A stretch of 49,858 nucleotides of DNA, counting the filler, from Sphacelaria rigidula (lineage: Eukaryota): NCBI GenBank assembly GCA_964200075.2. It is 3 parts of 3 records of this genome, joined end to end, with 100 filler letters (N's around TTAATTAATTAA, not from the genome) between each part and the next. Parts side by side here need not be neighbours in the genome. Positions count along the whole stretch, not along the records: positions 1 to 16,554 come from CAXNAA020001315.1; positions 16,655 to 33,208 come from CAXNAA020001316.1; 1 more part is not named here. The stretch is one strand, 5' to 3'. The notes under the pieces were generated by a model. It had not been told where the DNA came from. It ran no database searches and worked only from the letters and a program-made list of their open reading frames with translations. The position numbers and the translations under genes are program-made. Shown here one piece after another: positions 11,840 through 23,200 of the stretch; positions within the stretch are counted from its first letter, which is position 1, and each line of letters starts with the position of its first letter.

Positions 11840-14759
11840 TCACAATGAAGCCCGCAACCTATGTCGTAAAATCTTCCCAGCACTATTTTTAGGAAGAGTT
11901 GGCACGACATCAATACGTCGTGGCCGCTTGTAGTGGCTAAGGTACCGCCCGCAAAACTCGCTCAACACTGTCCGCGCCGTATCGCAGGATACACCCCCTG
12001 CTTTATCGTACGCAGTGTCGCATAGAACTACACTAGCCGCCACTTTCTCCCCCAAACGCTCATCCTCCACCCCGTAGGCAGCTGCCTCCACAACCCAATC
12101 GTGCCGCAACAACACTCCCTCCACCTCACTTGCATACACGTTCTCACCGCCAGTCTTGATGACATCTTTTGCTCGCCCCACAAATATGAGGTAACCCGTT
12201 CGCTCGTCGAGGCGACCAAGGTCGCCTGTTCTGAGCCAGCCATCAGGGCGGAGAACCGCGGCGGTAAGCTCCGAGCTCCCCCAGTATCCCTTCATGACGT
12301 GGGGGCCTCGTGTTTCTATTTCGCCGACTTTTCCAGCAGGGCAACACCGCGCCGGCATGGTGTCGGGAATACCTCTTTCCACCACTCTAATTTCAACGTG
12401 CACCGCCGGTTTTCCTCTCAGCGGATGGCCTTCCACCCCGTGTTCACGCTCTCCGTCACTAGCGCCAGCACTACCAGCGTTTGCATCGGAGGGATCCGAT
12501 AACGTGTTTTCTGGTGTCCGTCGGTGAATACCAGAAGGTGGGTAGGTTGCAAACGTCATTGTGGAGCCAGCTTCCGTGCAAGCGTACGTCTGGTATAAAG
12601 TCGCGCGGGGTATGCGTTGCCGCGCGCGGTACTCCAGTCTTCGAGACAGCGGTTGCCCACCCACGACCACTGTGGTCACATCCTCCCACACCGACAAAGG
12701 GGGAGGAGACAACATGTTGGGCTGGGAAGCTCCGAGGTCCTCGCCTCTCGTCGAGGAATAATCAAAATCTGCCTTCAGCATCATATCCAGTATGGTCGGC
12801 ACCACAACAAGGGTGTTGACGCCCCCTGTTCGCACTGCGGCGCTTCCAGAGGTTGGAGTAAAGCGAGGCACGAATACGTGGCAACCGCCGGCCATAGTAA
12901 CGGCAAGGCTGGAGCTTATACCGCCCACGTGAAATAGTGGCACGACGCTGAGAAACGTGGTAGTGCATGTGTATCCAGCGTGTAGGCACTTGCATATCGC
13001 CTGCGTCACCTATAACGTGTGGCAGTCATCAGAAAAAACGAATTTGTTCAGCTTTTGCGCGATGCACAGGTCCGTTTTTAACTTATTGAGCGCCAGACCT
13101 GACTTCAGAGCATTCCCGGATTCACGCGAGGTAAGCAAAACTCTAAAATGGGATAAGAAACAGATGGGAAAATCAGTGGATTCAAAGTAACAAGAATGGT
13201 CGTATAAGAACTTATGGCGAGCTCCACGTAATTCTGTGAGTTTTGAAGCCCCCCGTACCGTCACCGGGGGACACGAGTATGCTCTTGATTAAATACCCGG
13301 TTGCGGGTACGGTTCTCTGTGAAACCTCCATACCCTTCCCAACAGTTTCTGTGAGTTCTCTAAGCTTCTCATATCCTTATCCAACAGCTCTGTGCGTTCT
13401 GTACAGATTGTTTACTCGTGCCCGGAGCAAGAGTGTACTCTTGAAGAAATACCGATCGCCGGTACGGTTTTTTCTTTTCGCCTCTCATACCGTACTCGAC
13501 AAGTTCTGTAATTCCTGCAAGACATTTTAAACCGGTACCCGACAATTTTGTAATTTCTGTCTGTAAGTCTCCCATGCCCCTACCCGGGATTAGTGTATAC
13601 TGTTGTAGATATACTCGATTGCAGGAACGAGCACAGGTGTATACCTTGGGGAGGTATGGATACAGGTATCCAAACGCAATATCACGAACTGAACATGTAG
13701 CTCCCATCGATCAACCCATCCTAATCCTTCATTCACCACTGCACACCAACGAAAATTCAATGTTGGAAAGTTCTTGGAATCTGACGGGTCACGAGGTACT
13801 GCTGAGTGGAACACGAAGCATGAGCAGCACTGCAGACCATCAGGATAGATCACCCCCAGACGCGATTAGTGGCTCGAGCGGGGGCGGTCCAACTGCGCCA
13901 CCAGGGGATCAAGTAGCAAGGAATACTCGATTGCCGGTATGTTTTTTCTTTACGTCTTCCATACCGTACCCGACAAGTTCTGTAATTTCTGGAAGACTTT
14001 CAAACAGGTACCCGACAATTTTGTAATTTCTGTCTGTACGACTTTCATACCGGTACCCGATATTGCTGCAAGTTCTGTAAGGAATCTCACGGGCTACAGA
14101 ACACAACCTTGCAATAATCTGCAGCTCGGGGTACACCAGACAAGCACACTCAAGACAGCAGGCGGCTATACTACGCCTGTACAACATACAGCTGGCGTAC
14201 TCACCTGCCCGAGATGAGTAAGAGCGACACCTTTCGATCGCCCAGTGGTGCCACTAGTATACACGATGCAGAATATGTCACTTGTATCCATTTTCATTCC
14301 GCCCCCCCATCCACCCCCGCTCGAGGTACGTCCTACGTTCTCCGCTCTGTCTTGACGGTGGCTCTTGTCTGTTACTCCGTACCAACTCCTGTCCGAAGAG
14401 GTAGGCGTCCAACCTCCGTCGCCGACGTCAGTGTTTCCCGATCGTGTCATGCTGGATGTATCCATGATATTCCCGCCCCCATCAAGAGGAACCAGCTGCC
14501 AGTGTGCTGCTTCTAAGCCGGGTGCTAACGGCGATAAATTGGGAGCCACATGCGGTGCTGTGAGCAGCCAAGAGATGGCCAAACCATCGAGATGTGCCAC
14601 GGAGCGGCACAGGTCCATGGCTCCACTAAGGAACTCGTGGTCCATGATGGCCATTGTGGCGATACCGCTGTCTATAATGGCGTGTTGCAATTCGCTGGCA
14701 GACCAACGCGTGTTGAGAGGTACGAAGATCACGCCGGCGTCGGCGCACGCGTACATGAG
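11840..14759 (-). CDS. menE: o-succinylbenzoate-CoA ligase (MenE/AAE14)-like AMP-binding enzyme; exons 14759-14205 and 13009-11840; 5' exons unresolved
   Basis: Adenylate-forming motifs PLNTRWS, YTSGTTGRSKG, PLFHVGG, YACTE, GWLRTGDLG, GRAKDVIKTGGENVY and LPKNSAGKI. A phase-0 intron 14204-13010 joins LTHLGQ|VTQAICK, which resembles plant AAE14 (SHxALxxQSLAK). Confidence 0.8.
13443..14085. repeat. Two direct copies of an approximately 150-bp intronic repeat (about 13443-13592 and 13920-14060)
   Basis: Both copies share CATACCGTAC.CGACAAGTTCTGTAATT.CTG.AAGAC...GGTACCCGACAATTTTGTAATTTCTGTCTGTA. Confidence 0.75.
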
Positions 14760-15366
14760 CTGCACGGGTAACAGGGATTGGCAATGAGCCAGGGCATACG
14801 AGGAAGCGCGCGCATCGGATTTGTGGATATTGTTGCAATCAACGTCACTCCGCGTTACTAGACCTTCACCTGCTTATCGTCAGGGTGTATCCCAACCGTG
14901 AAATATGATACAACGTTCGTTCTTCATAGGACATTTTTTCACATACGACGCGTACGGTATATGAGCGTAAACGGAGGAAATACCATCGGTACATGACATG
15001 ATGGTATAAGTGGGTGAAACATTTGTTGTCACAATCGCAGACTTGAAACATTTTCAACAAGTTAGAAGGTCATGTCACGAACTTCCAGGTGTTCGCTGTC
15101 ACATTCATGCACTCGTCCACGGGCAATGTCATGACAGTTTTCATGTGTATCGGATATCTGGGAGAATACATTTTATTTGCTCTGTAGTCTTCTCTTTTCC
15201 TCCTCTCTTGTTTTAGGTCGGCCATTTTTTTCTGTCTTTTGCTCGTGTTGACTTTGTTTACTACTTTTTTTTGTTACGACTTAGTCTGCTGTGTCGTTCT
15301 GTTCGACTTTTTATTATTTTTTATTTTCATGTTAATTTTTTTTTTCAGAGCGTGTTCTAGTTTAGC

Positions 15367-15449
15367 TTTTCTTGGGTACGTCTATCATGAGACCACGGGT
15401 GGATCCCTGAGGGGTCAGTTAAAGTGCGACAATTAATCAAATCAATCAA
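15367..15449 (+). mobile_element. 3' end of a non-LTR retroelement, second copy
   Basis: Matches the reverse complement of 4437-4527 and ends in a degenerate CAAT tail; the upstream sequence is T-rich. Confidence 0.7.
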
Positions 15450-15517
15450 CATCGTGAACCTTCAGACTGTGATTAGAATATAAGTAGAACCGGAGATTCA
15501 TTACTTTTCCCCGTCAC

Positions 15518-15993
15518 AGGCCGGATGTTATGGCGAACAGATTTTTGGCCCACGGATTTTTCACTATTAGGACCTTTGGCCCGCTTTTTAGCCCCCAGAC
15601 AGGGAAAATCGCCAACACACATCTCGGACACTTTGCATCACCCCACAGAGGGGAGCCGAGCCTACTTTTCAGATTCGCTTGGCTCCAAGGTCTCGAGAGT
15701 GGCCGTTGAACAATAATTCGTGTGCAATAATCTGTGCTCGCCAACATTCTACAGTTTGCCGAATAATCTGTGGAGTTGTTTCATTGCACACGGATTATTG
15801 CTCAGCGGCCACTCTCGAGACCTTGGAGCCAAGCGAATCTGAAAAGTGGGCAAGGCTCCTCTCTATGGGGTGATGCAAAGTGTCCGAGACGTGTGTTGGC
15901 GATTTCCCCTGTTTGGGGATCAAAAAGTGGGTCAAACGTCCCAAAAGTGAACAATCCGTGGGCCAAAAATCTGTGTGCCATAACATCCGGCCT
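15518..15993. mobile_element. Fold-back MITE (476 bp) with about 210-bp arms
   Basis: AGGCCGGATGTTATGGC...GCCATAACATCCGGCCT, with arms pairing to about 15728 and 15783. Flanks are CAC and CAG, a possible 3-bp Harbinger-type TSD. Confidence 0.85.
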
Positions 15994-18373
15994 CAGAGTG
16001 AGGAGATCATGGTGAGAAACATCAAACAGGACTGAAAAGGCAAAACTATTATATCGCCAAATGTAATATTCCCCCGGGAAGTATGGGCCCAAGCAGTGCA
16101 TGTCAATACATTGCAAGGAGCTAATGCCCAGAGTACTTCCGGGATTTTCGATCGTGCGAACATCAATCAAGATCGATTGCGTAGCCGTGTAGAGCAGCTG
16201 GATGGAAAAAGTGTGCGTTACGAGACAGGGATGCGAGCGACACATGTTACTGCACACTTGTGCCTCAACACGAAAATATCATAGAAAAGTGCAGCTGACC
16301 CTTAGACAGCGACCCCCCCGCCGGTAGACTGAGGTAGACACTACCTTTTTGGGTTCAGAATCATTCCTTTGTCACAACTCAAAAACGCCTACTCTACGGC
16401 AAAATGGACCGGAAATGCATAAGAGGCACATAGTTGCGTCATAAGACAGACGGTGGTGTGGTTGTCGACCACCTGGTTATTACGACTCATATTTTTGCTG
16501 TGCAGTCTGTAGTGTATCGTGCGGCGGCTGCACGTGCGGTCTGCAGCGTACTGGNNNNNNNNNNNNNNNNNNNNNNNNNNNNNNNNNNNNNNNNNNNNTT
16601 AATTAATTAANNNNNNNNNNNNNNNNNNNNNNNNNNNNNNNNNNNNNNNNNNNNGGTAGGGCCTTCGCTGAGTTGGGACGCAAGTGCCTTGCCTGGGCGA
16701 TGGGCACACGATTACCCTCAAAGCTCCTAGCTACGCATACAATCTTGTCATATAAATACTACTTTCCGTGACGCACTGTACCCCAAGCCAATCAAAAGCT
16801 GTAGTAACGGCAGGTACACGCAGCCATTCGGGTACAATCCTTTCCACTCAACTCACGGCGGCAGTAATATAAACACACATTCGACTAGAGTCCTTCCATA
16901 CCCGCTGGTCATTTCTGGGGACCATCTGCATATCCACAAGGAGACTAGTTTTAATTCAATCCCTCAGTCATATACCATCACATTTTAATGTTGAACCCCA
17001 AAATTTAAAATCGGCTGTTTAATGCTCGTAAAGTGGAATTCATGCTCGATTTATGCTCGCATGTTCAAAAACAAAATGCTCGATTCATGCTCGTAATATC
17101 CAACAAGGATGATATTCTCGACCGGATACAGACCCACCGATCACTATATGCATGTTATATATACAGTAGGGGGCTCTCAGTAGTGCCGGTATGTGCCCAC
17201 CACGGACACCGGCACTACTCTAAAAATTGCCAAAATAGGTGCAATTGAGGGCTCTTAATACCCCAGTAGTGCCGGCTCTGGCACTACTGACGACCGTCCG
17301 TTCGTACAGTGCTAGGCTTGCCCTTTGTGGGACCAACGGAAGCACAAAACGGAAGAGGACTTTTGTTTCAAAGGGTTTCGATAGGATACGTCACGTGAGC
17401 TTTCGGGGTAGCAGAACTAAACCCGACGCTTTTTTGCTTTTTACATTCAACTTGATTGATCCTGTTCACAGGTTGATCATTTCCTTCCCTACTACTACAT
17501 CAGCAGCAGTACGGCCACAAAAGTTGTTCATGCCGACAGATTTTCCCGACAAGAAAAACAAGGACACATCTGCACCCAACGCAACTAAAAAGGTGGGGCA
17601 TCTGGTGTGGGAAAAAGCTCACGAGAGAGTACACCGCCCACCAAAAGGAGTGAGCGAGAAAGAATGAACCACACCCCTTTTCACTACTTACCGGCTACCG
17701 AGACAAGGAGAGCAACAGGCAACAGACGACAGCAGTAGAGAAGTACTACTGTACAGGGCCTATCAAGTGATGCGATACAGGACCACTCCTGCTACTCGTT
17801 CTGCCACTTGGATAGCCTACAGGGTATACAGACACAGGGTAGGGAGAGCGTGGTGTCCTGTACAACAGCAGTGCAACAACGACAGTATGATATGGCGGTA
17901 TGCTCGATGGCAAGCAGTTGATGCATACTGCATACAGTCCGTGTTGTCAGAGCATCCATACAATCAAGCATGCGCGGTGCTTGGCTGACCAAGAACGCAA
18001 GATGATTGTTTGCTCGTCAATATCGAGCAAAGACTTTATCGCCGCAGGCTTGCGGTCTTCTGCCCTACGACAAGATGCTTTCTGTACTGCCCTGCTGTGG
18101 ATTGCTGTGAAGTGCGCCTGGCCGCTGTTTCGTGTGCAGCATTTCGATTTGGAATTGGCTTCGTCGTGGGTTGCTTTTGGACACTCATTCGAAGAGCATA
18201 TAGTATGATAAATCTCCCGTGGGTGTTATATTACGTATATGTTTTCCTCTATCTACAGGCAGTCAGCCATGGCTCGTTTCTCAAAGCCGTGGCTACGTTG
18301 TCCACGCTGTGTCAGTGTTATTCCTTTTCGATGATATGGAGGGATTAGGGTGCGAGATGTGTAACTTCCAGTA

Positions 18374-19324
18374 CCGTAAGTTGCTCGGTCATCGCACAGG
18401 GCGTGAGTTTCGCACAGGGGTCGTGAGAACACACCCCTGTGCGATCAAAAACACGGTTTGAAACGAATAAATTGTTTTCTCGCACAAGGGGCGTTGTTTT
18501 CGCACAGGGGTGTGATCTCAAGGATGAAATGCGTCTCAGCCACCTTCCGGGCGTGAGGACGCATGCGCGCGGATGGGTCTTAGGGGCGGACAGCCTGAGT
18601 TGCCACGATTTTCGCCTTTATTATACTGGTCATTATGAGGCTTGTCTGGACTTCGCACTGCGGTGTGGCAGTGCAGACACAAAAAACATACGGAAGGGTT
18701 ATATTTTTCAATTTATTTTACTCAAGTTCTCGTCGTGCACCTTGGATGAAACCACCAAAGCCGAAACCTTTCACCAGACGCCAACACCGACGGAAAGAAC
18801 GAAGCCCGAAAGCAAACGCGTCCTGGCACCGAACGATATTTCTTGCAATCAACCTCGGCTCTCTCTTCGACATTTCGTGTAACGGTATACCGGTACCACG
18901 ACAGCTACCGTAGGCTCGTGCGGTGTGCTTGATGCTGTCGTGCTGTGGCTGTGTGCCCGTGTGTACTTGCTATGTTTCAGGTATCTTCAGACCTTGTTCC
19001 TACGGCAGTACTGTCGCAGATTGTTCCTTTACACCGGCGAAGATTTACTCAGTATCGCATGTGGCGGGGTTACCGCACAGGGTGTGCGTTCAAATACCCT
19101 TGTGTCATCGAAATTATTTACTCAATATCGCACATACATGTCGTTGAGATGGCACAGGGGTGCGCGATGGAAAAGCAGTACCATATGATTTAATTCGATT
19201 TTCGCACAGGGGGCGTGGTGTTCGCACAGGGGGCGTGAGAACACACCCCTGTGCGAAAAAAAAACAAGTTCGAAAACATTTAAAAATCGATCGCACCCCT
19301 GTGCGATCACAGAGCAACTTATGG
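18374..19324. mobile_element. Non-autonomous pogo/mariner-type element (951 bp) with TA TSD
   Basis: TA|CCGTAAGTTGCTC.GT.ATCGCACAGGG ... CCCTGTGCGATCACAGAGCAACTTATGG|TA. Multiple CGCACAGGG subterminal motifs occur at both ends. Confidence 0.85.
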
Positions 19325-20160
19325 TAGTTACTGTCATAGTCCGAAGGTTTCAATTGTCCGAGACGAAGGCTAGAGATCATCACGGGAAGATGGGCGGGTA
19401 CTTCCACCATCAAGAGCTCGCCTCACGGGCGGTGTGCGGACGTGAAGAAGGCTGCATCGCTTGCGAGTTATTATATAAAAGCATAGATTGCAAGCGATTT
19501 CTACCGGAAAAACGTGTCTCATCGGTAGGGCACGACGAAGTTCGTGAAGGATCATGTACATGCGGGCCCCACCCCATCTGCACTGGTCTGAACACAAGTG
19601 ATACAGTACAGCACATCATACAACAGGGGATTCTATAAAATAAGGTTCATCAATGAAATGAGGTTTGAAGATCCTAGCCGTCGAATATACAAAAGCCCTC
19701 ACGAGTACCGCACGCCGGCGCTGATGTGTAATTTTGGGGAGGAGTAGGAAGTGCGTCCGTGGTTGCACATGCCGCCCATCCCTGGATAGCTGCTGGCGAC
19801 GGACGGCGTCAAACTCCACCATGGTCAGAAGAAAACGCGGGAACCATGTCAACAATTTGTCCATGGGAGAGCGATTGATTGTCCATGATGTTCTCACTGT
19901 GGTGCCTCGAGCCCGTGTCCAGCAGAAAATATACGGCGTCAAGCTGATCGTCACTGACGGGCATGAGGAGAGAAGTAGCTTTTCACTATCCCGGAGACGA
20001 GCACATACCAAATCAGGATATAAAAATGGGATATCATGGAATATTGTGACAACGCGTTCTAGAGAAGGCAATGATATCTAATATCCGTGCGGATTTTACC
20101 AGCTTCGAGCATACATACCGCTGCAATGGTGACCACTCGACACAACAACAGCCCTACGAC

Positions 20161-20211
20161 GGGCGATAGTGTGGGCGATAGTGTGGGCGATAGTGTGGGC
20201 GATAGTGTGGG
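20161..20211. repeat. 12-bp tandem repeat (GGGCGATAGTGT)x4
   Basis: Read directly from the sequence. Confidence 0.9.
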
Positions 20212-20299
20212 AGGAACTCTTGGCAAGAAATAGATCAACCTCATCACGGGTGCATGGGCCCTTGATTATTCTGGTCGCACTCCAACAGATCACCTAGGG

Positions 20300-23200
20300 A
20301 TCCACCCGGGCAACCCGAGGCCTCACGTACTGAATCACGACATCACGACGATAGTCGAAGCCCCCAATCTTCCGCGACTGATGCGATGAGGAAAAGACAG
20401 GAATGCTACACATCAACCCCTGGACTTCTTCTCCATTGTATCCAATACTGGAAATCCTGTAACCAACGTTTAGCTTCTCGCGCGAAGCGACAACCAGCTC
20501 TGCTTACATTCACTCTACGTCCGGCACTAACTTTCGCCTCTTGCTGTTACTGCCCATTGTACACCCTTCACTGTTTCCCACTGTCTTGTAATCTGCTGTG
20601 ATTTTTCCTTTGCCGTATTCGCCGATGTTGTAGGCAGAAGTGTTGTTTCGAATGGCGGAGGTGGCCGGCGACCACCAGCGCACCTGAACTTCTGCTTCGC
20701 CATCGATCCCCTCGCGCTCGTCCGTAACCCTACCCACAAAAACGGAGCTTTGTCACCGAGAAAGAAAACAAAATGTCCCTTGTGGAACGAGGGAACATAC
20801 CCTGCTGGATGGCCATCTCCGTCGCCCCCGCTACCTAACACTAAGTTATCGACACCACCTTTTCCCGGATCCTCACCGACAGGCGGCTTCCGCCCCCCCA
20901 CAGACCCCTCGGCTACATCAACATCCCCATCTGCCCCCGCTGTCTCTTCCCGTGACCCTCCAGATGACTGCACGCCATTACGCTTGAACCAATGACACGG
21001 AAGGTTCCACAGTACTGAGCCTTTCGCGGCCAGAAGTCGGTGGGACGTCGCCATGTCGTCCTTGATGGTCTGCTGTTTGTCGACATCTGCGCGTCGCACG
21101 GGAGGGTGGAGGCAGTGCATCGGAGGTATTCAGGGCTCGGATGCGCTCCTGCGGTGGGGAAAGTGATATGAGAAATAAGGGTGAGAAACTTGGACCCGCC
21201 GTCCGCAGCGAAAACAAAATAATTACAGTACACAGCGATCAGGATACAGTGTCACCACTTGGGGTGCTTGGGGGTGCAACGCACCGAGGGGGTAGAGGGC
21301 AGCTAGCGGACTGTGGACGGCGTTGTAGCGAGCCAGTATGTTATCTCGCTGTGCGGCATCCACCTCCTTCAGGTCGAATGGAGGTGCGCACTGCAGATCT
21401 GGAACACCCATGCGGAAGAGCGGATGAGGGGCTCCCTCGTAGATCCCGGCGGCCGTCTTTCCCGTGAAGACTGTAGCATGCATGTGCTTCTTCATGCCGA
21501 CGGTCACCTGCTCCGTCCCCGCTGGGCGGATTTCGAAAGCACGGGGCTGAGTCACGCCACGAATGGACAGCACACGGCCACCTCCACCGACAGCTCCTTT
21601 GAAGTTGCCGAGGGAGCGAAGAGTGGTGGTAAACACCTCCAGTGCCTGGCATGCCTTGCAAAAAGCTTCCGCTTGCTGCCTTCTAGTGAACAGGCAAACT
21701 CCCTTGCAGTGAATGGAAATCCTGGTCAAAAGTTCCAACGCTTTTGCCGTCGGTTCTTGCTATATACATCTAAATTTCTTCTCATCGCCACCTCGCTGTA
21801 CGCATAAAACATATCCCTGAATATACCAGTACGAAATCAGGCCGGTTTGTTCGACCCATGTTATTATGGTATTTAGGAGCGTAAGTACGTGTGCTGTAGA
21901 TCATCGTGGATTCACGTCCAGTCCACCTACGGCGCTTCGAAATCGCATATATCTGGACACCGTGTCGGCGTGGAATATCGCTGCCGGAGGCGGTATTCCA
22001 TCTGCTCTTAGGGTTTTGCCCACCGCGTCTGTGGAGGCAACGCATGACTTGTGCGACCCGTGTCAACAACAGCAGAGGTACTCGTGCAGTGAGAGATCTC
22101 GTCTGAAAAAAAAACAACAACATGAACGAAAACGATATACCAAAATATGGCGGGAGAATCGAGTGATGGGTGCGGTTTCACGCCTGCAGTATCACAGTAG
22201 AAGGCGAACGATTTCGTTCATCCCTTCCAGTGCGGTGGGGATGGTGTCTCCTTGCCCCTCGTCGTATTCGCAGATAAATTACACTATAGTTTGACGTGGT
22301 CACGGGGAGGAGCAGCGGGGTCGCGGGTAGATGATGTATCCATCACCGGGTCTTGTGATGGGTGGGTCCGTTCGTGTACTGGCTAAAATCAACGTCTTGG
22401 TTGGATTCACTACGGTTCGTATAAGGAACGACCACTTTTTCCCGTGACACAAAGCTACATGAGTTTTTCCACTCGTCACTGTTGTCTGCAAGGATAATCC
22501 CGACGCACCTCGAAAAGACCTGGTCTATCATAATGTGGGTATGTCCCACCATCATAAAATTAATCTCCACGCGGCCGATTGTCCCACGGGCCACAAGACA
22601 TTCGAGGTATCCCAGCACGATGTGGTTCTTATTTTTTCCAACACAGTTGTCGAGTTGCAGATACAGCTCATCGATGTAAGCTGGTGTGTCGCCGGTGCAG
22701 TGAAAGTCGAATAATCGGGTACGCGCGAGGTGGATTGAAGTGCAAATAAGATTGCTCCCAGCACAGCGGCGAGCAACGACGGCGTCAGGGCGCGAATGTC
22801 AGTATTCTCGGGGGTTGTTGGCTACGAGGAATGCCGTAACAACTCATCTCTTACTCTCAGTCGGGATAAGAAAAGGCCTCCCGAGCAGATTGCTCGGATA
22901 AGAAAGCAAGATAGCCGAGTGTCTCAGGTCCCCCGCGGTGCGCAACTCATCGCGGGCGGTGTCTGGCTCACGAATGCCGTGAGTGCGTGCACATCGCGTG
23001 GGAGAGCAGGGACTCACCTCCTCCGATTGTGAGGGGAGACAGGAAGAATTCCACAAACTGCCCTTTCACAAGTACTGTCATAACGTTTTGGCGCTCCGCG
23101 TATCCCCTGCCAGACGTGGTGATCGCCAACAACGACGAGCAGAAGTCATATGCATCACTGAAGCAACATGAATGGATATTCAGGGAATCAATTACTCACG

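Noticed and set aside
15514-16015. Mirror-image ORFs on both strands
   Set aside because: They are a by-product of the palindromic MITE.
16555-16654. TTAATTAATTAA embedded in N-runs (also 33209-33308)
   Set aside because: This is a scaffolding linker with stops in all six frames, so it is an assembly artefact.
19370-20081. Candidate 5' exons of the MenE gene
   Set aside because: No frame showed recognisable AMP-binding N-terminal similarity.
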